A DNA stretch of 64,000 bases from an uncultured Armatimonadetes bacterium (GCA_963717145.1 OY970325.1:3520001-3584000); one strand, 5' to 3'; shown: positions 31,015 to 43,871, counted from the first letter of the stretch. The notes: generated by a model from the sequence alone, not told the origin. A program made the numbers and translations.

Positions 31015-32337
31015 TCAAGTCCGGGTGCTCTTCCCTCTGTGCGGCTTTCGGAGACCCGCCAGGATGTAGTCCTCGTGGCCTACCACCGGCACCAGTGATT
31101 TCTGAGCCCTATCCACTGCGTACGAGATGACAGTCCCAGATCCCACGGAAGGAGGTAAGCCAATGTACGCCAGGATAACTGGCGCAGCCACGTCACCGAG
31201 TAGCCCGATGAAGAATGAGAGGCACTGCCCGGTTCGTCGCTGATCGGCTTCCGCGTGGTCTATCATCTCCGCAAAGCGGCGACCGACCCATTCATCAAGC
31301 TTCTGGCTGAAGCCACTGTCATTCGGCAGTGACGCGCACTTCTGCACAAGGTTAAATCCGCTCAGAGCGTCTGGGCTGGTACCGTAGAGCAACGTTTGCA
31401 GAACCTCTTGGTCCCTCGGAGTGATCCGTTCTATTGCCAAGGTAGCGAACTCCTCCGCGCTAATATCGAATAGGCTTCCGGCAAGCGGCATCTCCAGCGG
31501 GCCTGAGCGCTGGCTCTCCTTCCGCTTGATGATTCTGCACAGCCCTCTGAGAATCTCGATCTCAAGCGAGTCGACAGCCCCTTGGCAGGCCGCATGACCA
31601 TAGGAATGGGCCTTGAAGCTGCCAGGACGGAGTTCACTGATCTGTCCACCGAACTGCCGGGCGGTACATGCTGCTGAGACGAGCGTCAGCTCTTCCTGAC
31701 ACTCGTGGATGAACTCGGACCGATACTCACCGATTTCTGGTGCCCACTTCTCTTCTATCAATTCCCACAGGTCGCCCCGTGATTGGACTCGTATGCCGCT
31801 CGCCAAGAATTCCGCCATACACGTGTTCCGAAAACTGTCCGGTCCGAAGAACGTCACGCCAACCCCAGTGAGGCACTTACGGAACTCATCGTTGAGATAA
31901 CTATTATAATCTCGTATCGGGTATTGCTTCGAAGCCCGCATCCACCCAGCATCCTCGAGAAGCTCTGCCCGTTCCTCGCATCGCCCGCGAATCTCGTCTT
32001 GCTCCCTCTTGCTCTTGATCGTCCTGCCTTGATGTACGACGGCGGGCTTCTCCTCAAACTTCCATCGGATGCGGTCCGCGAGTGTATCCTTGCCTCTGAG
32101 GTCCAAGCTGGCCCAACCGGCCTTCATGAGATGGAACAGGTGACCGTCTGGTGAAACCGCGCTCTGATAGAAGTAGTCTCTGCCTTCAAGGATCTCAGCG
32201 ACGCGGACCACCACGCGGCCCCCGATGAGCCGCGTAGCGATGATCTTCCGCTTGAGTGCTGCCGCATTCCGCGAAAGGCTCACGGTGCCATCGGCAGCTG
32301 TGTCCCATAGGAGAATCTGGTTTGCTGGTTTGCTCAT
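31015..32337 (-). CDS. Hypothetical protein with C-terminal hydrophobic hairpin
   Basis: AAGGAG before ATG 32337; 440-aa ORF; no family recognised. Confidence 0.55.
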   Translation of the reverse strand: MSKPANQILLWDTAADGTVSLSRNAAALKRKIIATRLIGGRVVVRVAEILEGRDYFYQSAVSPDGHLFHLMKAGWASLDLRGKDTLADRIRWKFEEKPAVVHQGRTIKSKREQDEIRGRCEERAELLEDAGWMRASKQYPIRDYNSYLNDEFRKCLTGVGVTFFGPDSFRNTCMAEFLASGIRVQSRGDLWELIEEKWAPEIGEYRSEFIHECQEELTLVSAACTARQFGGQISELRPGSFKAHSYGHAACQGAVDSLEIEILRGLCRIIKRKESQRSGPLEMPLAGSLFDISAEEFATLAIERITPRDQEVLQTLLYGTSPDALSGFNLVQKCASLPNDSGFSQKLDEWVGRRFAEMIDHAEADQRRTGQCLSFFIGLLGDVAAPVILAYIGLPPSVGSGTVISYAVDRAQKSLVPVVGHEDYILAGLRKPHRGKSTRT

Positions 32338-32490
32338 ATGATGAGTCTCCTTCCGACATAATACGCCGACCCGCACATCAAGTGGGCGCATAGCGGGCGA
32401 AACTTGCGGTATCAAAGTGCCCGTCGAAGCCGAGGTAGTGGCTGGTGTTCAGCTCACCCATCACAGCAAAGCTGAGTGCATCAGCCCCGC

Positions 32491-32633
32491 TCAAAGCTAC
32501 TTCACGTATTCCAGCACATCGGCGGCGTGGTCGGCGACAGTCACCTTGCGCCAGATCCTGCGGATGATGCCGGCTCTGTCGATCATGATGGTCATGCGCT
32601 CGATTCCGAGGAACGTCTTCCCATACATCGACT
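32491..32633 (-). pseudogene. 3' fragment of a bcp peroxiredoxin gene
   Basis: 143 bp colinear with 56443-56585 (about 16 mismatches by eye); encodes SMYGKTFLGIERMT...VADHAADVLEYVK. Confidence 0.85.
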
Positions 32634-32898
32634 CCACGTTGATGTCATCGCGCCAAAACATGGCCGCTCGATGCGACGCCTTATTTTACCTCAAGGTCAT
32701 TCAGCAAAACAAGAGCAATGGTCATCAGTTGGTATATCAGTCGGGTGAAACAGCGCGGCCCACGAGTTCCGCCGCGGTCATGCCGGCTATCCCTCGGGAC
32801 TCAGACGAATCGTCCAGGTGCTCGTGCAGTCGTGCAGCAATGTACGCAACACCCCCTCGGTCCGGAGGCCGGTCCCCCTTGTTAAGGAGATATGTGTG

Positions 32899-34326
32899 TC
32901 ACGGCGACAGGTGACTGACGACCTGCTCGACGAGGTGTACGAGCGGGGATGGATAGACACCGAGGGCGAGGAGCGCCGCGACCGACGCTCCGAGCGCGAT
33001 GGCCGCCGTGAAGCTCGGACCGGGCAGGGCTTCCCGGTCGGACTCCGGCGCGGAATACATGGCGATAATCACCCGCAGGTAGTAGAACGCCGAGATCCCG
33101 CTGCTCACCACTCCGACTATCACGAGCGCCCACAGATCGGCCCGAATCGCCGCCGAGAAGATGTAGAACTTGGCGATGAACCCGGCGGCCGGCGGAATCC
33201 CCGTGAGCGAGAGCAGGGCGGCGGTGAAGATCAGGGCCAGAACGGGATGACGGCCCGCGAGCCCCCGGTATTCGTCCAACTCCTCAACATCCCCCATCCG
33301 CCTATGTGAAGAGAGCACGGCGATCACACCGAAAGCGGCGATGGTTGCGGCGAAGTACGATGCCAGGTAGAAGGCGATCGACGCCGGCCCGAGAGGAGCG
33401 CCCGCGAGCAGAGGGATCAACAGGTAGCCGATGTGGGCGATGGATGAGTAGGCGAGCAGCCGCTTCACGTTGGTCTGCAACAGGGCGAGCAGATTTCCGG
33501 CCAGCATTGTGGCGATCGCCAGGATCGAGATCATCAGCACAAACGTCGGACCGGCTTCCACATGCCACATGTACACGAGCCGGAGCAGCAGGGCGAACAC
33601 CGCTCCCTTGGATCCGGTCGCGATCAGAGCGGTCACGGGAGCGGGAGCGCCTTGATAGACATCGGGCGACCACATGTGGAACGGCACGATGGCTAGCTTG
33701 AATCCGAACGCCACCACGATCAGCGCCAATCCGAGGAATGACACCGCCGGGAGTCCGTTGGCCGCGAGCCGGCGGAAGTCCATCGTCCCCGAATCCGCAT
33801 AGACCAGCGCAATCCCGAGCAACAGGAACGCCGATGCCGCTGCTGCCAGGACCAGGTACTTGATCGCGCCCTCCAGCGACGGCCGGTGGTCGCGGGTGTA
33901 GCCGATCAGCCCGTACAGCGACACGCTGAGTATCTCGATCCCCAGGAAGAACGAGGCGAAGTGTACGCTGCATGTCAGCGTCTCCATGCCGAGCGCCGCC
34001 AGGAGAAGCAGTATGTAGAACGCCGAGCTTCGCCTCTCGTGTGCATGCAAGTAGCTCGCGGAGAGCAGCGAGACCAGGATCGTCGCCGCCAGGACGAGTC
34101 CCATGAAGTAGATGGAGTAGCCGTCCACTCGGATGAGCGTAGTGACCATCCGGGGAGCATATGGGAGTGCGACCGAAACCGACACAAGGGCCGCCGCAAG
34201 ACCGGCGAGCGTGAGAACGAGCGCCACCGCGTGCTTCGGCCGGAACGCGGCAACGAGCATGAGGGCAACGGCGGCGTAGCCGGTTATCAGCAGCGGGAGG
34301 AGGGCCATCAGGTCGCGATGATTCAC
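32899..34326 (-). CDS. nuoN: NADH-quinone oxidoreductase subunit N
   Basis: EGAIKY, FKLAIVPFHMWSPDVYQGAP, KRLLAYSSIAH. Confidence 0.95.
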   Translation of the reverse strand: MNHRDLMALLPLLITGYAAVALMLVAAFRPKHAVALVLTLAGLAAALVSVSVALPYAPRMVTTLIRVDGYSIYFMGLVLAATILVSLLSASYLHAHERRSSAFYILLLLAALGMETLTCSVHFASFFLGIEILSVSLYGLIGYTRDHRPSLEGAIKYLVLAAAASAFLLLGIALVYADSGTMDFRRLAANGLPAVSFLGLALIVVAFGFKLAIVPFHMWSPDVYQGAPAPVTALIATGSKGAVFALLLRLVYMWHVEAGPTFVLMISILAIATMLAGNLLALLQTNVKRLLAYSSIAHIGYLLIPLLAGAPLGPASIAFYLASYFAATIAAFGVIAVLSSHRRMGDVEELDEYRGLAGRHPVLALIFTAALLSLTGIPPAAGFIAKFYIFSAAIRADLWALVIVGVVSSGISAFYYLRVIIAMYSAPESDREALPGPSFTAAIALGASVAALLALGVYPSPLVHLVEQVVSHLSP

Positions 34327-35804
34327 TACATCCCCCTCCCTTCTTGAAAGTTCAGGGCCGCGCCTACGGTCTCGAGCGATCGGGCCGCTGTGGTGAATAT
34401 CGGTCGCGGATAGAGGCCGATGAAAAGGATCACCACCGCCAGGATGCCCAGGATCGCAATCTCCCCGAATGACAGTCTCTGCAGCGACCGGTTGTTCTCG
34501 TTCGGTCCCAGCACCGAGGCCCGCACCAGTCGCGTCCCGTAGATCACTGAGACCACGAACCCCAGAGCCGCAACCGATGCGATGGCCGGACTCACCTGGA
34601 ATGTGCCGAGAAGCACCAGGAACTCGCCAATGAAGTTCCCGAGCCCCGGGAGGCCGATCGCCGCCAGCGCGAACAGGAGTGTAAAGCCGCCGAGCCTCGG
34701 TTCAGCCGCCCACAGCCCACCCAGCTTCGACAGCTCTCGCGTATGGGTGCGCTCCTGAACCATTCCCGCCACGAAGAACAGCGCTCCCGTCGAGATGCCG
34801 TGAGCGATGATCTCCACAACCGCGCCCTGCAGGGCGAGCGCACTGCCCGAATAGACGCCGAGCAGCACGAAACCCATGTGACTCACGCTGGTGTACGCGA
34901 TCATGCGCTTGAAATCCGTCTGCGCGAACGTGAGCACCCCGCCGTATAGTATCCCGATCGTCCCGAGGATCATCGCCACCGGTGCGATCTGTGCCGAAGC
35001 GGACGGGAAGAGCGGGATGGCAAAGCGCAGGAAACCGTATGCCCCGGTCTTCAGCAGCAGCCCGGCAAGGATGACGCTGCCGGCGGTCGGCGCCTCCGTA
35101 TGAGTGTCCGCCAGCCATGTGTGCAGCGGAACGACCGGTAGTTTGACCGCGAAGCCGACGAAGAATCCCAGCATCAACCAGAGCGCATGGCGGTCGGACA
35201 GCGGCGTACCGACGAGCGCCCGGTAGTCGAACGTGTAGACCCCGGTTGCCTTCCCGTGAGCGATGTAGAGCCCGATGATCGCGACCAGCATGAACAGACC
35301 GCCGATGAATGTGAACAGGAAGAACTTGATCGCCGCGCGGATCCGATCCTCATGTCCCCACACGCCGACCAGGAAGTACATCGGCACCAGCATGATCTCC
35401 CAGAAGATGTAGAACAGCAGCAGGTCGAAGGACAGGAACACGCCGGTGATCCCCGAGAGCAGGATCAGCAGCGAGAAGTAGAATGCGCCCGCTCGATCGG
35501 TTATGTTCCTCCACGAGTAGGCGACGGACAGCGCTCCGAGGAGTGCCGTCAGGGTTACCAGAAGCAGACTCAGGCCGTCCATTGAGAGATGGTATCGAAG
35601 GCCGAACTGCGGTACCCAGGCGAGGTTCTGCTCGGCGATCGTGAGATTCGACCCGCGCGTGATCCACAGAGCGATGACCAGCCCGAGATCGGCGAGGCAA
35701 GCCAGCAGCGCGATCCAGCGGGTGGCGATCACACTCCACCGGCTCGCCGTCCATGCCAGCGCGCCGCCGACTGCGGGTATCACGATCATCCAGGTCAGTA
35801 TCAT
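34326..35804 (-). CDS. nuoM: NADH-quinone oxidoreductase subunit M
   Basis: FWEIMLVPMY, KLPVVPLHTWL, AYTSVSHMG, GLPGLGNFIGE. Confidence 0.95.
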   Translation of the reverse strand: MILTWMIVIPAVGGALAWTASRWSVIATRWIALLACLADLGLVIALWITRGSNLTIAEQNLAWVPQFGLRYHLSMDGLSLLLVTLTALLGALSVAYSWRNITDRAGAFYFSLLILLSGITGVFLSFDLLLFYIFWEIMLVPMYFLVGVWGHEDRIRAAIKFFLFTFIGGLFMLVAIIGLYIAHGKATGVYTFDYRALVGTPLSDRHALWLMLGFFVGFAVKLPVVPLHTWLADTHTEAPTAGSVILAGLLLKTGAYGFLRFAIPLFPSASAQIAPVAMILGTIGILYGGVLTFAQTDFKRMIAYTSVSHMGFVLLGVYSGSALALQGAVVEIIAHGISTGALFFVAGMVQERTHTRELSKLGGLWAAEPRLGGFTLLFALAAIGLPGLGNFIGEFLVLLGTFQVSPAIASVAALGFVVSVIYGTRLVRASVLGPNENNRSLQRLSFGEIAILGILAVVILFIGLYPRPIFTTAARSLETVGAALNFQEGRGM

Positions 35805-35814
35805 CGGAGAATCC

Positions 35815-37695
35815 TCACCTCAGGATAACAATCAAGACCACGGCAACTGCCCCGAGCACCAGCCCGACCGCGTAGTCACGGAGGCGGCCGGTCTCAGTTG
35901 CCGAGAGCGCCACGTGGGTCATGCGGGCAGTCCAACCAAGCCCGACGTAGAACCGGTCGATGACGTCCGAGCGGTTGGCGCGAGCAATCGCCTTGAACGG
36001 GAGCACGAACAACCTGTCGTAGAGCCAGTCGAATCCCCAACCGATGAGCAAGAATCCGTGTAACGCTCGCGCTACGGGTGACCTCTCCACAACGGTCGCC
36101 CAGCGTTGGCGCTTGAAGTACAGATAGGCCAGCCCGATCCCCACAAGGCATGCCACCATCGCAACAGCGAGCAGCGTCCACTCCGTCGTCTCCCCTGCCC
36201 TTCCGACGGCGACATGCAATGGTGGCAGCGCGCTCGACATCAGCCGCGCGAAGGGGTCGAAGTGGCCCATCACCTCGGGCATCCCGATGAATCCGACGGT
36301 GATCGAGAAGAACGCCAGCACGATCATCGCCAGCCTCATGAGCGCGCCGGAGGGCTTGTGGACGGGTGTGCGCTGCGGGCCGTAGAACGTCAGGAACACC
36401 AGGCGGAATGAGTAGCCAGCGGTTATCAGCGTGCCGAGAGTCGCCGCCAGCCAGAACCAGGTGCTGCCCAGTACCGATGTCCAACTCGCAGATACGATCG
36501 CTTCCTTGCTGTAGAAGCCGGCGGTGATGATCGGGAGAGCCGACAGTGAGGCGGCGCCGATCAGAGTCGTCCAATAGGCCACCGGGAGTTGTCGGCGCAG
36601 GCCACCCATCTTGAACATGTCTCGCTCCTCGTCCAACGCGTGCACGACCGCGCCTGCCGAGAGAAAGAGCAGCGCCTTGAAGAAGGCGTGCGTCACGAAA
36701 TGGAAGATCGCCGCGGTCCATGCGCCGACTCCGAGCGCGAGGAACATGTATCCGATCTGGCTCATCGTGGAGTACGCCAGAACGCGCTTGATGTCCCGCT
36801 GCACGAGCGCGCTCATCCCCGCATAGAGCAGGGTCACGGTCCCGATGACGGCGACGGCGTGCTGCGCGACGGGCGCAATCGAGAAGAGCACGTTCATGCG
36901 GGCGATCAGATACACCCCGGCGGTGACCATCGTGGCCGCGTGTATCAGGGCACTCACCGGCGACGGGCCCGCCATGGCGTCCGGGAGCCAGGTGTGCAGC
37001 GGAATCTGGGCCGATTTGCCGACCGCGCCGAGGAGGAGCAGGAGCGCGATGGCAGTGGCAGTGCCGCCCGCGATCGTCAAGACGCTTGGCGCGGAGATGA
37101 GTATCGACTGGATGTCGAGAGTCCTGAAGTGCACGAACAGCATGAACAGGCCGATGACAAGCGCCGTGTCGCCGACGCGGGTCATGATGAACGCTTTGGC
37201 CGCCGCGATGTTGTTCGCCCGCTCTTTGTACCAGAAGCCGATGAGCAGGAACGAGCAGAGCCCGACGCCCTCCCATCCGAGGTAAAGAAGAAGCAGGTCG
37301 GCGGCGAGCACGAGCACCAGCATCGAGCCGACGAAGAGGTTCATGTAGCTGAAGAACCTGCTGTACCCGTCCTCTTCGTACATCGACTGCGCCGAGTAGA
37401 GGTGGATCAGAAACGCGACGAACGTGATCACGCAGACCATCACGAGCGACAGCGCATCGAGATGCAGCCGAGCCAGGACCTGCAGGCCGTTGACCTCGAT
37501 CCACGGATAGAGCGTCGCGTCGATGCCTTTGCCCTCGAACTCCATGGCCGCGGCCATCGAAAGCAGCCACGACGCGCCTATCGACGAGCACCCGATCGCT
37601 CCCGCGACCTTCTTCGGCAGCGAGGCCCCGAATATCGCCAGTATCAGCGCGCTCAGGAACGGCAGCAGGACTATCACCCAGAGCAGAACGTTCAA
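35815..37695 (-). CDS. nuoL: NADH-quinone oxidoreductase subunit L
   Basis: [37 protein letters not shown]. Confidence 0.95.
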   Translation of the reverse strand: MNVLLWVIVLLPFLSALILAIFGASLPKKVAGAIGCSSIGASWLLSMAAAMEFEGKGIDATLYPWIEVNGLQVLARLHLDALSLVMVCVITFVAFLIHLYSAQSMYEEDGYSRFFSYMNLFVGSMLVLVLAADLLLLYLGWEGVGLCSFLLIGFWYKERANNIAAAKAFIMTRVGDTALVIGLFMLFVHFRTLDIQSILISAPSVLTIAGGTATAIALLLLLGAVGKSAQIPLHTWLPDAMAGPSPVSALIHAATMVTAGVYLIARMNVLFSIAPVAQHAVAVIGTVTLLYAGMSALVQRDIKRVLAYSTMSQIGYMFLALGVGAWTAAIFHFVTHAFFKALLFLSAGAVVHALDEERDMFKMGGLRRQLPVAYWTTLIGAASLSALPIITAGFYSKEAIVSASWTSVLGSTWFWLAATLGTLITAGYSFRLVFLTFYGPQRTPVHKPSGALMRLAMIVLAFFSITVGFIGMPEVMGHFDPFARLMSSALPPLHVAVGRAGETTEWTLLAVAMVACLVGIGLAYLYFKRQRWATVVERSPVARALHGFLLIGWGFDWLYDRLFVLPFKAIARANRSDVIDRFYVGLGWTARMTHVALSATETGRLRDYAVGLVLGAVAVVLIVILR

Positions 37696-37698
37696 CGC

Positions 37699-38008
37699 CT
37701 ATCCTTTCATGAGGGAGACTTCGTCCGAATCGACGTTCCCCCAGTGATGGAAGATCCTGAGCACGAGCGACAGGCCGACCGCGACCTCGACCGCGGCGGT
37801 GACCAGGATGAAGATGACCATGACCTGTCCGTCGGGCTGTTTCCACTTCGATGCGGCGGCCACGAATGCCACGCCCGACGGAACTGAGCATGATCTCCAG
37901 CGACATCAGCACGAAGACCAGGTTTCGGCGTATCATGACGCCGAGCAAACCGAGCACGAAGAGGATTCCCGCCACTATCAGAGCGTGGTTCACCGGTATG
38001 CTGCTCAT
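37699..38008 (-). CDS. nuoK: NADH-quinone oxidoreductase subunit K, frameshift near 37880
   Basis: [15 protein letters not shown], then in another frame AAVEVAVGL...SLMKG*. Confidence 0.88.
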
Positions 38009-38508
38009 TCCTCTTCCTCCCGCCTGCCCGAGAAGACGCCGAAGTGAAATCCCGCGACCAGGCCGGCGATCAGGAGCAGCGACGACAGCTCGACCCCGAT
38101 AAGGTAATCGGTGAACAGGCTGATGCCGACTGCCTTCGGGCCGACCACGGACGCTGATTGCCCGATCCCCCTGCCGGCCAGCACGGATACGAACTGCACC
38201 AGGAGCACCGCCGCCAGTATCAGCGGGAGAACCAATGCGGCGATGCGGAGCCTTTTGCGAGGTTGCCCTTCGGACCTGCGCAGGTCGAGTATCAGGACCG
38301 CGAAGACGAACAGCACCATGATCGCGCCGGCGTATATGACAATCTGCAGCACCGCCGCGAATGGAGCGCCCAACGTGAAGAACATGGATGCGATCGCCAG
38401 GAACACGAGCACCAGGTACACCAGCGCGTGCATGGCATTTCTACGCGTCACCACCATACCGGCGGCGATCACCGCGACGGCCCCTGAGATGTAGAAAAGC
38501 GTATTCAT
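38005..38508 (-). CDS. nuoJ: NADH-quinone oxidoreductase subunit J
   Basis: [15 protein letters not shown]; position in the operon. Confidence 0.93.
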   Translation of the reverse strand: MNTLFYISGAVAVIAAGMVVTRRNAMHALVYLVLVFLAIASMFFTLGAPFAAVLQIVIYAGAIMVLFVFAVLILDLRRSEGQPRKRLRIAALVLPLILAAVLLVQFVSVLAGRGIGQSASVVGPKAVGISLFTDYLIGVELSSLLLIAGLVAGFHFGVFSGRREEEE

Positions 38509-39018
38509 GGCATCAAGTCCCTCACATCGACGGGCGGCAACTCGTCAACCGCATCGCCCTTGCCCTTTCCCCCGATCGCCACCCCGGCGTGGTGGTAGAA
38601 GTTGTAGTCATGGTATTTCCCCGTGCCGCTGATGAGGAGGTCCTCCTTCTCGTAGACGAGACTGGCCCGGCGGTACTCGCACATCTCGAAGTCGGGCGTC
38701 AGTTGGATGGCGTAGGTCGGGCACGCCTCCTCGCAGAATCCGCAGAATATGCACCGGCGAAATTGATCCGGAACCACTCCGGGTACCGCCTGCCGTGCTC
38801 GTCCTCCGTCGCCTGCAGCTCGATGCAGTCCACCGGGCAGACCGCCGAGCACAGATAGCAGCCCACACATCGTTCCACCCGTCCGGATCGCGAGTCAGGA
38901 CGATGCGCCCCCTCCATCGAGGCGGTATGTATGCCGTTTCCTCCGGGTACGGGACCGTCACCCGGCGTCTGAACAGATGGACGAATATGAGTCCCATGGA
39001 CCTGATGATCGATATCAT
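38505..39018 (-). CDS. nuoI: NADH-quinone oxidoreductase subunit I, frameshifted
   Basis: [46 protein letters not shown]. Confidence 0.9.
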
Positions 39019-39020
39019 CT

Positions 39021-39975
39021 CTACCTCACGATGAGCGCGATCGCTCCCGTCGCCATAATGTTGAGCAGCGATAACGGCAGCAGCCACTTCCATCCCAGAT
39101 CCATCAACTGGTCGTATCTCAGGCGTGGCAGCACCGATCTCAGCCAGACGAAAAGGAATATCACGGCCCCCGTCTTGAGCAGCGAACCACACCAGCGGAG
39201 GGAGAACCGGCCCGCATCCATCCGCCAAGAAAGAGTACCGTCGTCATCGAGCTTATAAGTATGACGTCCAGGTATTCGCCCATCAGGAAGAGCGCGAACT
39301 TCATCGACGAATACTCCGTGTGATAGCCCGCGACGATCTCGCTGTCGGCCTCGGGCAGGTCGAACGGCGTGCGTCGCGCCTCTGCGATGCCGGCGATCAG
39401 GAAGACCAGGAACCCGATCGGCTGCAGCACGCAGAACCACATCCTGGACTGCGCCTCCACGATATCGCTGAGTCTCATCGAGCCTGAGAACATCACAACG
39501 CCGACGAGCGACAGCGCGATCGGGATCTCATAGCTGATCATCTGCGCGGCGCCTCTCATGCCGCCGATGAGCGAGTACTTGCTGTCCGGATGCCCATCCC
39601 GCCAGCACGATGCTGTAGACTCCCAGCGATGTCATCCCAAGGAAGAACAGCAGGCCCACATTCGCGTCGGAAACGACGATCGTGCGGGTGAACGGGACGA
39701 CCGCAAACGCGACGAGTACCGTTACGACGACGATCGCCGGCGCGAGGATGAAGATCAGCTTGTCGGCGAAGGGCGGTATCCAGTCCTCCTTCATGAACAG
39801 CTTGATGACGTCCGCAACCGGCTGCAGCAATCCCAACGGGCCCGACGCGATTGGGGCCGATGCGGTCCTGGAAGCCCGCGAGAAGCCGCCGCTCGACCCA
39901 TATCATGGCCGTCGTCAACGTCAACAACGCCGCGATCACACCTATGCCGATTCCGACTGCCATCCAGGCGCTCAT
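39021..39975 (-). CDS. nuoH: NADH-quinone oxidoreductase subunit H, frameshifted
   Basis: ERRL...[40 protein letters not shown]. Confidence 0.9.
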
Positions 39976-42463
39976 GCTTTCGTCAACCTCGATATGATTG
40001 GTGCAATGATGCCGATGGCGCCATCCACGTTTGCCGGCACCGTCGCGACATCCACGGGAAGTGATGCGTCCATGCGGACGGGAAGCGTCCACGTGCCGCC
40101 GGCGAATCCGAACTCCACAGACTGCCCCTCCGCGATGCCGAGTCTGTCAGCCAGCGCGGGGTTGATCGCCAACGCCGCTTGTGGCGTGAGACTCGCGATC
40201 CCCGGCGCGAGTCGAGACAGCTCCTCCGACCCGAAGATGCAGGGACGCGGCACGATCCGGACCTCGGACTCGCCGAGCGCGACGGCCTCTCCCCTCTCAG
40301 GCAGTTCGGGCGCGCCGCCCGTCGGCTCGATCAGGCGACTGCCCGAGTTGCCGTTCTGGAGCGGACCGTTCACCTCGATCTGGAACTTGGTGACCGAGTT
40401 CACCGAGTTCCATCCGGGCCACCAGGACTTCCGCGTCCTCGGGTCCGCATCGAGGGCGCCCTCGAAGATCGGAATGCTCGAGGCCAGGTCGCGGAGGACA
40501 TCCTGGTAAGCCGCCCACTTCGAGCCGGCGCCGAGGTCCTGAAGCGCGGACCATGCGGGTCGCGTCTCTCCCGGCGGCGTGAAGACCTGGAGGAAGCCCT
40601 GCGCTCGTCCTTCGTTGTTCACGAACGTGCCGTCGGATTCTACACATGCTCGCGTGGGGAGGACGATATCCGCATCGGCGGATGTCGCCGTTTCGATGCA
40701 GTCGAGAACGATCAGGTTGCGCACCTTCGCCCTCATGGCCTGCAACTGCGCGGGGTCGGTCCGGCGAGAAAGGTCGTTCTCCAGCACGATGAGGGTATCA
40801 GCCTCGCCCTGTTCCACGCGACGAAGGGCATCGCATACCGACATGCCGCTGAGCATGGTCACGCCCATTGTGTTCGCTTCCGGCACGATGACCGTGAGCA
40901 GGCAGTCCTTTCCCGCCGAATGGAGCGCCTCGGCGATCCGGTATGCGGCGGCGAGCACATCTTCGCCGGCGGAGATGCCCGTGACGATCAGCGGCCGTCG
41001 GGCGTCGGTTAGGGACTGGGCCACGGTCGAAACAAAGTCGGTCCCGTGCGATTCCCCTCGCAGTCGCCGACATATCTCCCCCGCGAGGTCGACGAGATCG
41101 GGCCCGGCGGCGTGAACGGCCCCCTCGGCGATCTCCTCCAGTTTGATGCCCCACGGAACGGCCGCGAACAGCGAGCCCTTTTCACCTTGCAGGGTGAACG
41201 CGACCGGCACGGCGTCCCAGTCGGGGATCTTGAGCTTTCGGGTCACATCGAGGCGCGCATTGCGCATCGCCTGGCGGATTGCGAGGTCGAGCATCGGCGA
41301 CTTCGTTCGTCGGATCCGCGCCCAGAATGAGGACCGCGTCCGCCGATTCGACCTCTGCGAGCGAGGGCGTCCTGAGCGGCCCCGCAGTCAGCATTCTCAA
41401 CGCGAGCCGGGACGCGTCATGATCGTGCCCCGAGAGGCCGGTGGAGAATGCGTCATCCCCAACGAGCTTCCTGAGGGCATAGTTGGCCTCCAGGGACGCC
41501 CTCGGGGAGCCGATTCCGATGATTCCCGTTGCGTCCCGGAGCATTGCCCTCGCCCGATCGACGGCTTCGTCCCACGATACCGTCTTCCGCTCGGCTCCAT
41601 CCGCGGAGACGCACGCGCGGATTCGCCGATCGCCGTTCACGAACTCGTAGCCGTACCGCCCTCGGTCGCAGAGGAAGTAGCCGTTCACATCGCTGTTGTA
41701 CCTGGCATGAACGCGTCGGAGCTGCGCCGTATCGAGCGCCGGGAGTCGTGTTGCAGCCGAGCCCGCAGTGAATGCATATCGAGGGCGCGGTCTGGAGGTC
41801 CCACTCGCGGGTGTAGTGCTGCTTCAGCGTCTTGTCCGTGAACACGCCTGTGGGACAGACCTCCACCAGGTTGCCGGAGAACTCCGATTCCAGCACACCG
41901 TCCGAATCCGCGGCCGAAGTACACATGATCGTGACATGCCGAAGACGTTCGAAGTCGCGCCCGCCCGCGTAAGTCCCTGTAGAACCGCACGCACCGGTAG
42001 CACTGGATGCAGCGGTTCATCTCGTGGTTCACGAACGGCCCGAGGTCCTGGTTGAGATGCGTCCGTTTCCGCCCATTGTAGCGCCGGTAGACGTGCCCGG
42101 TCATCGCGGTCATGTCCTGCAGGTGGCATTCTCCGCCCTCGTCGCAGACCGGGCAGTCGTGAGGATGGTTGATCATCAGCCACTCGATGACGTAGCTTCC
42201 TGAACTCCATGGCCTCTGGATCGCTTATGGAGATGCGCGTGCCATCGACGGCGGGGGTCATGCACGCCATCGCGATCCTGCCCTGCGTGTCCGATTCGTC
42301 TTTGAAGACCTTCACGGCGCACTGACGGCATGACGCCGACCGAGCCCATCGCCGGGTGCCAGCAGAAATACGGCAGGTCGAGCTTGTTGTCGAGGACGAC
42401 CTGGAGCATGTTCTTCCCGTCCTCGATCTCGTATTCTGTTCCGTCTATGAACACTTTGGGCAT
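39972..42463 (-). CDS. nuoG: NADH-quinone oxidoreductase subunit G, frameshifted
   Basis: [51 protein letters not shown]. Confidence 0.9.
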
Positions 42464-42486
42464 ATCACCCGGCCTCATCCATCATC

Positions 42487-42568
42487 CACGCGATGTCATT
42501 CTGAGCAAAGTGAAGAATCTGGCTGCGCGGAAACAGATTCTTCACTTCGCTCAAAATGACATCGCGTG
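42487..42568. repeat. Inverted repeat (GTCATTCTGAGC..GAAGAATCT REP-like) between nuoF and nuoG
   Basis: 35-bp arms at 42487-42521 and 42534-42568 with 2 mismatches. Confidence 0.85.
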
Positions 42569-42580
42569 AGTTCTGCACCG

Positions 42581-43871
42581 TCAGCTTCGGTATGGGCATC
42601 TCCCGAGGCGCACGTGCTCGTCGAAATCGTCACGGAACAGCTGAATCGCGCTCATCAGCGGCTGAACCGCGCCCATCGCTAGCGCGCAGTAGGTGTTCGG
42701 CCCGAGCGACTTCGCACTGCTCCATCAGCAATCCATCCACGTATTCCCGCTCGCCCTCGCCACTCTCGATCTGACCGAGCATCCACGCCGACCACGGCAG
42801 CCCCTCGCGGCATGGAGTACACCAACCGCACGACTCCCGGGCGAAGAACATCTCCAGGTTCCGGCACATCCCCACGGGGCAGGTCTTGTCGTCGAGCACG
42901 ATCGCCGTACCCGTGCCGAAGAAATGGTCCAATCTCCTTGAGCGACTCGAACTCCAGCGGCAGTATCGAGCAGGTCCTCGCCCATGAACTGAGTCGATGC
43001 CCCGCCGGGGAGCGCCGCTCGAAACGCATAGCCGTCGCGCATCCCGCCGGCGTGCTCCTCGACGATCTCTCGCAGCGTCGATGCCCATCGGCAGCTCGCA
43101 AGCGCCCGGGGCGGTTCACCTTGCCGCTCACGCCGTAGATCTTGGTGCCGGAGTCCTTGGCCTTGCCCGAGGCTCTTGAACCACTCCGCGCCGCGCTCCA
43201 CAATGTGCGGCACGCAGCACAGGGTCTCGACATTGTTGACGACCGTCGGCTTGCCCCAGAGCCCGGATGTGCCCGGGATACGGCGGCTTCGATCTCGGAT
43301 TCGCGCGGCTTACCCTCCAGGGCGTTCAGCAGGCCGGTCTCCTCGCCGCACATGTATCGTCCCGCGCTGGGGTGGATCGTCGACCTCGAAGTCCCAACCC
43401 TTGCCGAGCAGATTGCTTGCCGATGTATCCCTTGCCCCGTGCCTCGCGACATCGCGCGCTGGAGTATTCCCTGCGCCCGTTTGTATTCGTCGCGGATGAA
43501 GATGTAGGCGACATCCACCTGGCACGCGTACGATGCGATCGCGAGCCCCTCGATGAGCTGATGCGGGATCGCCCTCCACCAGGAAGCGGTCCTTGAACGT
43601 GCCCGGCTCCATCTCGTCGAAGTTGCAGACGAGGTACCGCGGTCCAGCGGACTCCTCGACCGGCGGCATGGTCGACCACTTCCTGCCGGTCGGGAAGCCC
43701 GCGCCGCCACGACCCCTGCAGGGCGGAATCCGACACGAGCCGGACCACCTCCTCCGGGCTCATCTCGGTGACCGCCTTGCGCAGGCCGGAGTAGCCGCCG
43801 TTCTTCTCGTAGGCCTCGATCCAGGTCGGCAGGTCGTTCTTGACTATGTTTTTGGTCAGGACAGGCTCCAT
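42581..43871 (-). CDS. nuoF: NADH-quinone oxidoreductase subunit F, frameshifted
   Basis: [44 protein letters not shown]. Confidence 0.9.

Noticed and set aside
32417-32914. Plus-strand ORFs resembling 56498..56680
   Set aside because: They are antisense shadows of the bcp fragment and bcp gene.
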